Shown here: piece by piece, positions 1 through 13,615 of the stretch
How positions within the stretch are numbered: position 1 is the first letter of the stretch
How the letters are laid out: every line of letters begins with the position of its first letter
Source of the DNA: Octopus sinensis
Lineage: Eukaryota
Length of the DNA stretch: 48,644 nt
Direction of reading: 5' to 3'
Assembly: GCF_006345805.1 (NCBI RefSeq)
Contig: NW_021834483.1
Span: 1 to 48,644, forward strand
Program-made: the position numbers and the translations under genes
The notes under the pieces: generated by a model
What the model was told of the DNA's origin: nothing
Database searches by the model: none
The model's input: only the letters and a program-made list of their open reading frames with translations

Positions 1-397
1 GAACTGTGGGAGAACTTGTCGCCAGGGTAGAGACCCTTTACAAGCAGTATATCGAGCCAACAATAGGCTATGCATGTGCTGCTTGGGGCTGTAACTGGCG
101 GCAACGAACCAACTAAAAATCGAGAAAATCCAAAAAAAATCCATAAAAATACTGAACAGGACCATACCGACATGAAAATTGTCCATCGAACACTGGAGTA
201 TCTTGTAGAGGCAATGGGAGGGATCGTGGAGATGGACCACAAGCATTTCACCGTACATACAGAAAGTGTGTGGGGTCACGGTCTGAACATCGTGAAAAGA
301 TGGCTAGACTGTTGAGAAGTGTCGAATCACCTGAACACGTTAGTTAATGGTTAAGACGGTGATTCTGTTTTTGGCTTAAATAATAATAATATAATAA
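1..397 (+). mobile_element. 3' end of a non-LTR retrotransposon (post-RT region) with (TAA)n tail
   Basis: TLYKQYIEPTIGYACAAWG post-RT motif; TAA-repeat tail at ~379-397; close copy of 8751-9128. Confidence 0.8.
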
Positions 398-524
398 TTG
401 ACCCCTCGACCATGTTTGATGTGCATATCAAACCAATTCAAGAAAGTAAACGATACCTTCTAAGCTGCCTTCACATAATAACGCTCTACAACCGCCTCAA
501 ACGGGTCAAGGCTGGTTTGGATGA

Positions 525-1007
525 CTACACTGTCGTCCCAGGACTGTCATAATTGGGGGAAAGGCCCCTCCCGGGTACAGAATTGCAAAACTCATCATCA
601 AACTGATATGCAATGTGCTGTTGTGGTAAACAGTAATCCGAGACCAATAAAAACCTGAGAGTGTTTGTCCTTCCGATTATAAAAGTCGTTTGTAGAGAAA
701 TGGTCCCTGCAGCTGATTTAAGTGAAAAACTCTCACTCTCAGGAAAATGAAGCGTCTGAAACTGGAAACATGAAATTTTAGGGGTGGTCAGTTGATTTAT
801 TGCCAGTTGAACGTGGCTGTCACTCGGGGCGTTTTGGTTGATGGGCCCAATGTAGAAATGGCCGAACAGGTTGGGATGGAAAATATATTTATATTCGGAA
901 TGACAATCCACGAAGTTAAGGAAAATTACTCTTCTGGTATTTTGTAAGAAAGAAGTGTAGATACAATCATCGTTTAGAATAGTGGAGAAAAAATCTAAAT
1001 GCTTCAT
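525..1007 (-). CDS. Hypothetical 160-aa ORF, no recognised family
   Basis: Open frame with protein-like composition; no motif recognised. Confidence 0.3.
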   Translation of the reverse strand: MKHLDFFSTILNDDCIYTSFLQNTRRVIFLNFVDCHSEYKYIFHPNLFGHFYIGPINQNAPSDSHVQLAINQLTTPKISCFQFQTLHFPESESFSLKSAAGTISLQTTFIIGRTNTLRFLLVSDYCLPQQHIAYQFDDEFCNSVPGRGLSPNYDSPGTTV

Positions 1008-1289
1008 AATTTATTAAAATATCAAAACAAGATCTTTGAAGGAGCAAGCCTGTCTGCACAGTTCATTTGTGATTAGAAGACCTAATTTTAGAGATTGAAA
1101 CGAGAAATAGCAATGAGATCTGTCAAAATTACCCCCCTCACAACCTAAACCAAATTAGCGTTCAGTATTCATTGATTTTACTTTTTCTATTAAGGTCTAC
1201 TTATAAATTATTTTATGGGATTCAATGGAAAACTTAAGTTATTTCAATTTTAAATCATGTTATAAATATATTATTTTACTTTACCTTGT

Positions 1290-4200
1290 TGCTCTATTCA
1301 GGTAACAAAATGGGCGGATTTCAGAATGGGACTGTGACAGAATGTTCACTAGTGACCGAATTTGGGGGGTTTTATGTTTTGGAACAAAAAACAAGTCCAT
1401 TTCCTCACCCAATCCGTCGCAGAAGAACATTGTGTGGAATAGAAAGGAATATCCAAATTGTCAGGAACTGGATTCCATACAATACAGTATCTGCTAATGT
1501 GGGCAATATAATACGTCGAGGTTAAGAGGGGCAGACACATTGTCTTGATGTTCGCAGGGAAAAGTGACCAGAATCTATTTCCAGTTATTTGTTGACTTTT
1601 ATCGTCAAATTCGATCCCGACCCATTTCAGAACTTCTTGTAGTGTAAAAACAGACAGGCTTTAACAATAGACTTTAAACTGAACACCTGGAACTTGGCCT
1701 CGGTGGCAGAGAAATAGTAATTGACCAGATGCAGTATGAGACTATACTGAAACCCCTCAGAACTGACGGACATGTCTCGAAAGGGCAATACAGAACTACG
1801 TGGAATGGCAATTCTAAGCATATACACACAAATACAACTTTGAGTCAAGAGAACAAATCAACCGAGATACTTGGCAGAAGGAAGGCGAATTTGGAATGTT
1901 TTGTGCTGTTCTAACACAGTAAATAACTTGTGAGAAGATGGCCGATAACAGTTGTTCCTCCGAGACAAGACTGGGTGGTACTCTACATTGCTTAATTCAT
2001 CGTAGAGTTGGAAGAGAGAGTACTCACATATGAGGAATGTTCATTCCTCATTCCATTCAGGATCAGATGTAGTTTCCCAATGACTGGCGTACTTTAAACG
2101 TTAGGAAATATCCAATCCTCTTGAATTCCCTCTTCTCGTCCAGAAAACTTTGTAATTGTCCCAAATGACCTTCAGAGGGCAGAAGAATCATATCTTAACT
2201 CGAAAATAGTGGAGATTCCGGGGAGAGAATGGTATCAAAAATGGCCCGGGATTTGGGAATGTCGTAAATTAAAGACAGGACGTGTACAACAATACGAGGA
2301 GCTACACACGAGCGGACAGACTTATTAAGACTAAAATCAACAAAAATAATTCAAACCAACTGACAAATTCCAGGAAACCCCGGCAATAAGCGTGCAACAA
2401 CTCAGCCAGACCTGGGACTGCAGAAAGACCTCTAAAGATGAGTCTTGCCGGTTAAATGACATATCTTTTGGCAGCTAAAGAACAGGTCGTTGGAATCGAG
2501 AATATTGATGATGCAACTCAACTCTTCTAACATCTGAACAATCACATGAAGGAGTACTCGCAATCTATTGTTGACAGAACAATTCTTTCTTCTTAAAATA
2601 TTCACGCAAAAAAGCAACAGTCCCAACAATCGGTAACGAATGAATAATTTCTGAGACATTACGTAATCTAATATTTACAAGTGAAGTCGAATTTGCATCT
2701 TCGGGTGTCTCGTGTCTGGACAACGCACTGAGCGCATCAAGGACCTTTAAGTGACAAAATTGGAGTACTTTTTGCCGAAATGGTAAAATATTGAGAAATA
2801 AGCTGTTAAGAATGGATTGCAGTCGAAGACGGATTATCACCTCCAAGTTAGCACGGGACAATGTCTGGGTCCTCACTAATGACACAAACATGTAAATTGG
2901 CTAATCTACGGTCAGATTCCTGAAAGGACTGAGAGTGGCAGACCACATAGGAATATATTTTGTCAATATTGTCCACAATCAGTTTACTTCGACTCTACAT
3001 TTGATTGGACAAGTTTACAATGCAACAAAAATTGGCCACGAAATTAATGAATGTGTTGAGTGAAGGAGTCTCTCACAAAAAGAGCACCGGAAGTGTTCGT
3101 CGAGCAATTTTCTGGTGATCAGTCATAAGCACAAAACCAAAACGAGGCGAATGGAAAGTGGAATTTATAGTAAAAAGGCAATTCGGCCAAACAAGAACTG
3201 CAAATCGGACACATTCGAGTATTCCAAATATGCCGGGAAACTCTTATCATAGCCAACTCCAATACCTCGATCAGAGCTGTGTGGATGCAACTAATGTTCA
3301 ACTCCAGTCTAGTAGTATCAAGTAGTAAGTGAAACTGCAAAATAAATATGACAATACGACCGATTTAAGATGATTGAAAGTCGTTTCGAAAATGTATTTG
3401 AGGAATAGACTATTAAGAACTTGGGAGATTGACTCGTGTCTGTCACAACTAAACGAATTACTGCCGAGAATCACAATGAGATGAGAATTGATAGGTTTTG
3501 AGGGGACCATTCGTCAATCGACACAAGTCTGTCAACCCACGACTGGACGATGGGTAAATAGCAGATCTTCCACTTTGCACTTTTCTTTAGTCTGACCACC
3601 AGTGCCCCACAATAAAACAACAAAATATATGTGCTTCATAAAATATTGTAAAGGACATTCTTTCATAAGCTGAAGCAAACATTCGAAAACAGTTTGGGTG
3701 ATTGTGGGTGACAGAATCGAATCAGTGTGCAGTAGTAACTAACAATCCCCACCAGTGCACTCATTTCTACTATGTCACTCCTCTGTACATATTGGTGGCT
3801 TGGTTGCTCAGTTTAATGAAAATGTCTGCTACAATGTGACAATGGCATTTAGTGGAGGTGGTGTTGTATGAACTCAGTGGAAGTCACATTTTGTACAAAA
3901 GTGACATTCGCGGGTTAATCAAGGCACCCAGCGAGACCACATGGAAGGTATATAAGCGATTCAGTACTGTACAATGACAAGACTAGTGCTCTAATTAACG
4001 ACCCGAGTATGCTGGATAGTTCGCCACTCAACAGGAATCGTTAGTCCCTTTGTAGAACTGTGGGAAGTCTGTTTAATACTAATTCCAGCACTTCCTGTCC
4101 GTATACTCCTCTCTGTTTATATTAATATCAAAGGAGACTAAGCACGATGAGAAGAACTCAAGTGCATGTTGAAATATCTCCAACCCTTCCCTGAACAGTT

Positions 4201-5415
4201 CTATAAACATTCCAAAGTATAGCACTACGCTTATGAATGTAAACAACCTTTTTCGGTGACTAAACTCAGAGACTGGGCTCGGTTTATTAACTCGTTTATT
4301 ACATTCTCCTGATTAAAGTCGCCAGGTTAGGTCTATGGACAGACAACAACACAAGTGACGAATCACGGAAACACCAACTCGGGGGATGAGATTGAGTAGA
4401 GCAGTTGTTTACAGAGACAAACAAACAGTTCAGTTACCCTAATACTATTAAAGTTACGTAATACTGTATTTCAATTAAATTGACATGTTTTATTTGCACA
4501 TGAATGAGTAGTGAGTATAAATCAGTGATGGACTATAACAGATATATACTGATATAATACAAGTGGTAGGTCAGATATTCGATGTCTTAAAGATTCAAAT
4601 GCTCACCCAACCAGTCCACAAAACTAAAAGATTCACTTAACCCGCAATCATTTTGCAGACAAAGTTCAGCAAGTGTGACAATGCTCTACACACTCAAGTC
4701 GGAGATGACCCACCTCACGACCAACTCACTCTGAATGCAGTCAATGGTGTGGAATACAATCCATTTATTCATTTCGTGGTAATCCAATTGAATAAACAAC
4801 TTTAAAAGGCAGTTGAAATATTCCCAATCAGCAGTGGAGGCGATCCTGATTGTTTCGTTTTTTATCAAATTTAGAGAATTGAGGACATAAAATGGAGGCC
4901 AATGACAAGTCGGATTGCGTGATAAATAATCAGTGAAGGGTGTGAGTCGTGGTCATTTCTAATTATTAATTAACTTAATTACATCTAATTTGATGGCTGA
5001 GAAGGTTGTTTGTTGGCAGATTTCTAATATAATTACACATTGAATACTTCCAAAGAGGATTACAAGTCGGCGGAGTATCAAAGTGAAGACTTTGTGGTTT
5101 GTTTGAAGATTAAATTGAAGCAATATATGCTCCAATGAGACCATCTTGTCAAATACTGGAGTGCAGGCTGTCCTCGCTACATCCAGCATGATTTCATACA
5201 GCCAGACAGTGCTGTCTACACAGAGAAATATATTCCAAGTCTTTTCTGTCTCCAGGGATGTTTCAATAAACTCAAACAGATGGTCGAGGCAGTGAGGGTC
5301 AGTCTCAACTTGTTGATATATTGTGATTAATACTGTTTGAGCACTTGGTTATTGCCTCCTGGATTATGGTACATGCCACTCTTGTCATGTCTTGAAATGC
5401 GTCAACATGACTCAT
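1290..5415 (-). pseudogene. ATR: ATR/Mec1-like PIKK, multi-exon N-terminal HEAT region, truncated before the FAT and kinase domains
   Basis: Spliced peptides FQYSLILHLVNYYFSATEAKFQ..FTLQEVLKW..FWSLFPANIKTMCLPLLTSTYY..IPFYSTQCSSATDWVRKWTCFLFQNI follow the ATR stretch FAYGLLMELTRAY..YAIQELL..WRRFPEHVREILEPHLNTRY..PIY..EWSASWAGYLI. Mini-introns are present (e.g. 1814-1838, 25 nt). Candidate ATG at 5415; continuity of the upstream exons is inferred. Several apparent frameshifts; no kinase exons downstream. Confidence 0.65.
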
Positions 5416-5722
5416 TTTGCACAAAAAGTCCCGCTTTATTTATTTAATTATTTTAGTCATTATATAAACAAAATATCAACAAATCACAAATTGCTCTTAA
5501 TAAATATTCTGGTTATATTTCTAATCGTATACGTGGTTGCCGAACACGTTTTGGAAGAAATTCGAGTTTGGGGGAAAACGAATGTTCTCAGCAAATAAGT
5601 CAAATTTAAATACAAAATCAACAAAGTGCCCAACAAACATCGTCAAATGCCACATTTAGAGAAACGACAGACTTACAGTTACCAGCCAAATTATGTTGAA
5701 GAAATTTAAATTGCCTACAAAT

Positions 5723-6078
5723 AGCCCGTTCCTGCCTGTCTGGAATCCGCCGTATGTCCGGTGCCTTGTCGGGGGACACAACTCTCACTCCATACCATAG
5801 CCCACATACAATTCCAGGTTGATTGCCACTCGGACAACATAGGAGACATCATATTCACGGAGATCGACTATTTTGTCACTAAAGTCATCAATTCCTGCGG
5901 ACTGATCAAACTGCTTGGACGAGGCGACAGAAATTACAAGATCTCCACCGTGAGCCAAATTGAAATCGAACTGGCTTGGACAGTTGATATAAGGTCGATT
6001 ATAGGAACTAGGTCTGAGATCTATCCAACTCTAGCCCAGCAATTGAGTCACTGAGAATCGTATCAATAGTAGACCAAT
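5723..6078 (-). pseudogene. POLE: Internal fragment of DNA polymerase epsilon catalytic subunit (N-terminal region just before ExoI)
   Basis: DKIVDLREYDVSYVVRVAINLELYVG/WYGVRVVSPDKAPDIRRIPDRQERA matches Pol2 DxREYDVPYHxRxxID..WY..ERP. One frameshift at ~5798. The LAFDIET motif that should follow is absent. Confidence 0.8.
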
Positions 6079-6299
6079 CTAATTTTATATTATTTTCAAC
6101 TACAAAAATGTTTTGTGGTGATTTTATGTCGTAAAATTTCAAATTTCACTGTTTCATTGTAACCAATCAAAGAAATGCACTTTTCAAACATTCTCATTGG
6201 GAATCCATTTCGAAGAGTTAAAGCTAGTTTTAACATTCTATTTATTATTAAGACATTAGAATAATAATAAACAAACATTGGTTAATCAAAATTTCCTAT

Positions 6300-8405
6300 T
6301 TTAAATAAAATAACTTCTAAATACAGTTTGTAACATTCATCGATTCCGTTGTGGAAAGCTATTTTCGGCTTACGAAACCCACAGTATCTCGTGCTGCATG
6401 AGTGCCGGAAGAATCCTTCAGCAATTGTCTATTAACGATTTTATCCAAAGAGCTGTCTGTTAGGTTGGTTTTCCATCAATACTGTATCCACTGGACCCAA
6501 AAGGTCGGTTAATATCAATAAATTAACAATTATATCTTCCCTTCGTCTTGTTGAAGTAAGTTTATCACCAATTCTCTACCAAGAAATCTATAGCGGACCA
6601 CTAGCTCTCCTTTGGGTATGGCTAGGGTAGTTAAACACCTTAACCGGGCGTTTGGTTCATTCCACAACGCCAGTCATGCTTACTATAATTGGTCCACTTG
6701 GTACTGTAATTGTACATGTGCCTACAATCAAGTGAGTCACATATCTCAAAGTTTGAGAATATTATGCACCCATTCTGAGCAGAGATATCCAATCATTGGC
6801 TTTAACATATGAAACTTTTTTACGAACACCGCCTATCTTGAGAGAAATTTTGGAGAGAACTGGCTACTATATATGAATATTAAATAGTGGTCAATCTAAG
6901 ATCGTAAAAAATAGTCATTCCCATACTGCTTATTTAAACATTGGTTAATAAAAGACTTTTCTTTAGCACCATGGAACGGTTTCCTCGTTATAGGAAATTG
7001 GCCTTAATGCATTTAAAAACTCAGAAAGTTTTATATTAGCACAATAAGTAAAAACTTCTATATAATGCATAAATCTCTTGTATCATAATCTCTGCTGTTT
7101 TCTTCAGAGCAGGCGTCAGCGCATATATTTGAAAACTTTAATTGGTCTGAAGAAGTCCCATATAATCTTCACATTCGGAAAGTCATTCTATTTCCAAAAA
7201 TTTAAGATATTCCAAAGACGTTAAAAAGTTATTCCATTTTTTAATCAAAAGGATCTATGGTTTGTTATATCAAGAGAAATAATTCATTAGAGTGGGTTTA
7301 TAAACATTTGTGTTTTAAAAAATAATTATTGATAATTTTTATTATTTTATTCTATTTTTACGGAGAATCTCAACTCCAGAAAACCTCGGGTTAGACTAAT
7401 CACTGCCTAATTTGCTCACTTTTCGAAAAATACGGATACAGCGTTTCCGTCTTGTTCCTAAAGTAATAAAAAAATTTCCTAGTGGATATTGTCTAGCCTT
7501 GATCATCTATAAAATCCAAAATTGTGCAAATATGCACGGTTCAATATGATGAATTCATAATGATTCAATATAAACTTTTTTTCAATATAAACTATTGGCG
7601 ATTTTTAAAAAAAGAAATTTTATTTGCTTTTTATTAAGTTAATTACTTTTTTAAACAAACGATTAAAAAACCTTTCTTTTTCTTTTCGACATCAAATTTC
7701 ATTCCACATAAAATTTTACCAGAACCGCTCAAAATTGTTTACTGTACTAAATCTAAAAAGAACCTTGAATCTCGGTGAATATATATGACGGGCTCAATTG
7801 ACGAAGGAAACGCCTCGGATATTCGGTATAGTTTAGTCAAAATTCCAACATCCTTTGGCGTTAGGGTCCCGCTTGCTATTGAACGTAAGAAAAATTATAT
7901 TGTATACATTCCACAACAAGGCCATGCGTAGTCATCACGAGTAATCCCGAACGATTTTCAAGAGGATCATCTTCATGTAAAGACTGTCCAGGAAGAGTTC
8001 CTTGTATAAAAGTTTCCTCGTTTTCTGTTAAATTGTATTCTTCTTGTTCTAATTTTGTCTCCTCAATGACATGCTGGTAAAATTCCGTGTTATCTCGACA
8101 CGTTCTGAGAGAATGGTTGATATCTTTTGAATCATTATTTTTTTTAAAGAAATATCATAATCCTTTTCAAGTTTGTCTTGTAAATACATTTCACTAGCAT
8201 CTAGATTCCAATATTTTGTCTAAATTGTTAACATCTGCCCAGAATTACTGCTATCTATATTGATTATTTTTTGGAAATTACCATTAGCGTGCATTATTCT
8301 ATCCTGAGTGTCATCGCGATCTTCACTATTTTCATTATTATCCGATGAAACGACATTTGAATTTCCACTATTTGAGTCTAAAGTAGATTGACCAACATCA
8401 TCCAT
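6300..8405 (-). pseudogene. Decayed AT-rich reading frame, possibly a DNA-transposon (MULE-like) relic
   Basis: Broken frame from ATG 8405; a weak W..W...IAEGFF segment near 6400-6500 resembles the MULE TNNxxE region. Confidence 0.2.
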
Positions 8406-8539
8406 TTATGACGGTATTATTTATTATTTTTGTCTAAAAATTAAAAATAGGGAATTTAGAAAATATAAAATAAGCTATTTAAAAAACTAAACAAGCGATG
8501 TGACTTGATTTTCATTGTTAAAATTGAGTCATCGCATGT

Positions 8540-9128
8540 TCCGAAAAGTCAGCAGTCACTCTATTCACGAAAAATAGGAAGATGGGGACGAAAACTATTG
8601 ATGTCACGTTGAACGGAATTCCAATACCACAAAAGAAAACACAGAAGATATTGGGAGTAACGCTTGATACTTTCCTCTGTTTTTCACCTCACGTAGAATC
8701 GATCGTATCAACCTGTATAAAGAATATCAATTTTGTAAAAGCCTTCTTTTGGAACTGTGGGAGAACTTATCCGCCAGGGGTAGAGACCCTTTACAAGCAG
8801 TATATCGAGCCAACAATAGGCTATGCATGTGCTGCTTGGGGCAACGAACCGGCTAAAAATCGAAAAAATTCAAGAAAGATCTATCAACCTACTGAAAGAC
8901 CATACCGATAGGGAAATTGTCCATAGAACACTGGAATCTCTCGTAGAGGCAAATGGGGGGATCGTGGAAATGGACCACAAACCATTCACCGTACATACAG
9001 AAAGTATGTGGGGTCACGGTCGGAACATCGTGAAAAGATGGCTCGACTGTTGAGAAGTGTCGAAATCACCTGAACGTGTTAGTTAATGGTTAAGACGGTG
9101 ATTTTGTTTGGCTTAAATAATAATAATA
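8540..9128 (+). mobile_element. 5'-truncated LINE copy (RT C-terminus) with (TAA)n tail
   Basis: KILGVTLDTFLCFSPHV and LYKQYIEPTIGYACAAWG motifs; TAATAATAA tail; same family as 1-397. Confidence 0.85.
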
Positions 9129-10426
9129 AAAATGAATAAGCAACATTCAATAGTGTCAAGATCAATTGCAAAAACAACTAGGCAAAAACCTATATATTTG
9201 CATGTTAATCAAACATGTTTACATTGATTTCGTAATCATTGGGAAGACCAGTCATGATCTGTGTATATAATAAAATCAAAACACACGTTAGACGAGAACA
9301 GGGGTGCATGACGGAGACATCAGAAGCTGTATTTTCATAAAGATAGAGGAAAGGTGACCATTAATAACAAGAGCATTGAGTCGGGTGAAGAGGAACAGTC
9401 CAGGGATATCACCCATAAAAGCACGACTCCTGCTAGCAGGGATTCAACATCTTCGCCTAGTGATCAATCTCGGGATACCACCAATGCGGGCTATGAATCT
9501 TGTTGGCATATACAAGTTTGCCGAATTCTATTTTGGGGGTTGACCCGTCGCTTCGTATGTTCTCCTACTTGCATTACTTGGAACAATGTGTTATATTCAC
9601 TTCTTTAATTTGCAACTTTATTACGAATAAATTAGCACTTGCTTTGATATAAATTTCTATTTTTAATTTACTTGGACATCAAATAGAGGCATTGGATACA
9701 AAATCTTTTGAGGGTTTTAAAGACAAGGATATCTAAGTATCCAACCAGGATATCTAATTTGTTTATTTAAAATTCCAAAAGATTTTGAATAGATTTATTC
9801 AGTGCTTGTTCACCGATATACTATCTCCTAAATTAAGATTAAATGCCCATAGGTTACATATAAATAAAATCAGTTCGATTTTAGATTATTTCCGATGATT
9901 GTAGCAATTAACTGATTATGTTAAAATAATAACGAGAATAGATTGAATTTCTTAAATACCAATTAAATTGGCAGTCTCTATGTTCCTCTCTCGAGTGAAT
10001 TCCACTGTTGGAGTGAATTTGAGAACGATCAAAAATAGGATCTCGTTCTTTGGTCATTACTCCAAATTCGAGAGGCTCTAACTTACATTGTATAAGTGCA
10101 ATGCCTGCTTCAACATTGTTTAATTTTCAATGCAAAAGAGGTTAAAATGCATATTTTGATAAAATGCAAACTTGAATTTCAAAATTGTAAATTTGAAATT
10201 TTCAATTGCAATTAGAAGTTTGTGTTTTGCAGATGCCATTTGAAGTTGTACTTGCAAATTGAATTATGCAGATGACATTTGAAGTAAATCTTAATAACCC
10301 GAATAAACTGCTCATCACAGGACACTGTCAATTAAAGGTCGATATTCAACATAAATCAAAAACAGCAATAAATTCAATTCTAAAAGAAACACAAAGAAGT
10401 ATTAAAACAAAAGTAAAGTTCAAATA

Positions 10427-11361
10427 TCACTCGATTAAACAGACAGATTTCTAAAAAACTAGGAATAACCCACCAACCTCTCTGCTGACATATGAATCAT
10501 CCCAATTCTGCATATTATGGTGATTCTCACTCTCACGCGAACTAAAAGCCTCATGTCCCAATGCTGACAAAGATGCCAAATGAGGTTTAACAACGTTCAA
10601 AACATAAGCAATGCAATTGGTCAGTTTAGGCAGATCATAACCACAGCAAAACTGCTCGTACTTATATATAGGTCTGACAATTTTCATAAGGACCACCGAA
10701 ATTGCGGAAGCCAGCATTGATCTCGGAAATTCAGCAGACACTGAATCCAACAGGACATAAGTTAGCATCTAAAATGTCACTTCTTGAATACTTTGGAACC
10801 CTGAATCAGCTTGTACTGGGAATAATTTGGAATATCAATATCGTCAGAGAAATATGACTGCAAAAACAGCTTGAGCCACAGAAAAGGAGTGGGGACTTGA
10901 AGCGCCCAGTCCAAGGCAAAAAGGATCTTAATTTCCATAGCCATCACATCTTTAGAAGTAAAGGCATCTGCTGTCATGCCAGAGTAGTCAGACACACAAC
11001 AAGAATCGTCAGACTCGAATTTTGCTGCCAAAAAGAGACAAGTGATTCCAATAAGTTGTAGTTCAGACATTTTAGTGTTACTCAACGCAAGATATCTGTC
11101 CAAAATATCCACGGAAAGGTAAAATATTTCCCGGTCGTGTTGAAAAGTTTTGGTCACTTTCATGAGCCAGTGAATCAGTTTCGCCCTTGCATAACAGGTC
11201 ACGTTCAAGGGCTTGAAGGAATTTGGAGGACAGTGCTTGGACTCAATCTCTAACCACAATTTTATGATCTCGGTTTGCTTGCTCTCAGGTTTAGGATGAA
11301 GGCTATGATCTGTCCTGAACATGGCTCGGATTGGGGCGTTTCGACTTAATAAAGTCGGCAT
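10427..11361 (-). CDS. CCNE: Cyclin E-like G1/S cyclin, 3 exons
   Basis: Cyclin box RAKLIHWLMKV..REIFYLSVDILDRYL..LQLIGITCLFLAAKFE. Removing introns 10769-10791 (23 nt) and 10451-10477 (27 nt) gives KLIQGSKMLTYVLLD..EFPRSMLASA and HNMQ, as in the cyclin E C-terminal half. Confidence 0.85.
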
Positions 11362-11548
11362 TTCAAATATTTCGAATGAAAATCAAAGGAAAAAAACTGG
11401 CATTAACTTAATTTTATTGTAAGAAAATATCTTTTTAAATAATTTATTTTAAAAAGAAGCTATATAAGTAATATTATTTGACTTTAGTGAGAAAGCTGGT
11501 AAATAAATAAACAAAAATTAAATTTTAGACTAAACTGATATAATAATC

Positions 11549-11590
11549 TGTGACATGGGCAACTATGTCGCTATGGGCAGCCTGAACCAC
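11549..11590 (+). repeat. Ginger-like terminal inverted repeat (TGTGACATGG-N12-CTATGGGC)
   Basis: Same layout as the reverse complement of the element end at 18131-18160. Confidence 0.5.
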
Positions 11591-11619
11591 AGAAAGGTAT
11601 TAAACATAAACAAGGAAAG

Positions 11620-12430
11620 GAAAGAGTTATTCCCACACGTGCCACACACGATACAATCTTCTTAACCATCGTTTGCCATCCTCTGCGGTTTGTGCAAGCC
11701 ATCGCAGTTCGTCCAAGTCCTCGCATTTTTCAGGGTTTTGCCCACGTGTTTCAGATCGTGTTCCAGCGCAACCGGCAGTGTTGTGGGGACGTCCGCGAAT
11801 TGACCAAACCATCATGTCCAGCAGACCAGCCGTGCTCTCTATTATTCTTAAATATGTCCAATTCCGAGATCATCTACTTATTTGCTGATCGTGATTGTCG
11901 GAGTAAGAAACACCGCTCATGATGATCGGTTATTCTTGGATCGCCCATTTCAGACAAGCTTGTTGTCACTCCTCTCAAATTCAAATCGAAGGACCACACT
12001 AAGCGCCTATTCAAGTTGGACTCACACGCTTCCTTCTTTTGATAATGAACTTTCAGCTTTTTATCTTCTCCAGTCGTCTCCCCCTCCCGCTCAGCTATCG
12101 GCCCTTAATAACGTCGTGTCTCGCTCCCTGACAATGATCTTAAACACCCCTATTGGTTTAGAACTCGAGCGAACCTCCAAATCTGGCATTGTTTTTCGCA
12201 GGTGTGTTGACCTTGCCATGCTATTTCTCATCCTTGGCTGCTAACTCTTATCAATTCTGTTCCCTTCCCTTGTTCTGAACAGTCTCAAATTCAAGACCGC
12301 ACTAAGCGCCTATTCATGTTGGAGTCACATGCTTCGTTCTGATAATGAATTTTCAATATGCTTCCTAATAGTTGTGTGTGCGCTGGGAACGTCGAACGAT
12401 GTGGTCTCCATTCAGACATGCCTCAACATC
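11620..12430 (-). mobile_element. Decayed RTE-like LINE 3' fragment
   Basis: RGRP..TLPVALEHDLK..LDELRWLAQ..MVKKIVSCVARVG is homologous to 25583-25879; ~75-bp imperfect direct repeat at ~11975-12055 and ~12285-12355. The upper boundary is approximate. Confidence 0.65.
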
Positions 12431-12637
12431 GTAGAGAGCAGTGGATGTTTCCGTACTCAAACCTGTTGGGTTTAACTGTGACGCCCTTTTAACACTTTTT
12501 TAACGCCCTAAATAAATAAACTGTAACGCCTTGACGAAATGAGGGCAGAGGGAGATAACCGAAAATTAAATTAGTCAGATGATTTAAAGAGTTTATGTTA
12601 AAGAGAGTAGAAATGGATGAATAAATAGTGTTAGAGA

Positions 12638-13248
12638 ATGTGGTTGTGGGACTATGTGAAGGACATGTTGAAACAGCTGGGTAGTGTGATAGTTAGAAGT
12701 GTAAGGAGTGATGAACAAGTCCGGGGTGATACTACTACTGGGAATAGATGACGCAGGGAAGACGACTCTGTTGCAGTATCTCAAGACAGGGGCAATGCAC
12801 ACACAACCCGACTCTGCATGCAAGTGAGGAGTGTGTGGTGAGGTAGATTTGGAGGAGTTGACGATGGGGGGTGTGAATATGCAGGCGTATGACCTGGGAG
12901 GACACGAGCAGGCTCGGCGAGTGTGGAAGGACTATCTGGTGACAGCGGATGCGATCGTGTTCATAGTGGATGCGGCAGAGAGGAGTCGAGTGGAGGAGGG
13001 GAGGGAGTGTCTGCAGGTTGGCCTGTCCCCCATTGCAGTCCGTGCTCACCTCCACCAACATTCCCGTGGCAGTTCTGGCTAACAAAGTGGACAAACCAAA
13101 TGCAATGGGGCCTGACGAGTTCGTGCACACCTTCGGACTGTACGGACACATGAAGGCACTGCGCCCTTTGCAAGTGTTCATGTGCTCGATAAAGAAGAGA
13201 CACGGATACCAGGAAGCATTCGCGTGGTTGGCCAACTACATTAAATGA
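12638..13248 (+). CDS. SAR1: SAR1 small GTPase (COPII), 4 exons; one frameshift in a CA microsatellite
   Basis: MWLWDYVKDMLKQLG..GIDDAGKTTLL..PTLH..DLGGHEQARRVWKDY..NKVD..VFMCSIKKRHGY..WLANYI. Introns 12681-12705, 12824-12846 and 13017-13038. Confidence 0.92.
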
Positions 13249-13329
13249 TGTTATTTAATAAAGCATTATCGTGGTGGCCACTATCGACTCTTCTAAAAAT
13301 TAAATGAATTACGTAATGTATCTTCATTA

Positions 13330-13615
13330 ACCACGAGTTCTCAAGTTTAATAGGAGCAAGAGACACCGTAATAAGTTCTCTGCAAAAGTTCGTCCAATCT
13401 GTAATCGTATTTTGCGAAATTTCTAGTTCGTACGAGATGAGATTTCCTTCGTAATTTAATGCCCACATATACGTAAGCATCAAAATTTTCGCTAACGGTA
13501 AATGACTTCTTAAAATTAGTTTAAGGATCACTTACTGCAAAACCAGCTGTTCGTTCTTATACTTCGAGAAGTATTGCATGGCATACATGACCAAATTACG
13601 TTGTCCGAGTGGTCA
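13330..13615 (-). mobile_element. Merlin (IS1595/ISXO2-like) transposase N-terminal fragment with a probable mini-intron
   Basis: WSCMPCNTSRSIRTNSWF..SHLPLAKILMLTYMW..ELEISQNTITDWTNFCREL; 23-nt GT-AG intron at 13509-13531 restores the frame. Confidence 0.75.

Noticed and set aside
9440-9560. PWWP-like peptide GKLVYANKIHSPHWWYP on the minus strand
   Set aside because: Too short, closed by a stop and without supporting context.
10150-10290. Degenerate TTTGAA/TGCA periodic tract downstream of cyclin E
   Set aside because: Low-complexity sequence with no consistent unit or supportable function.
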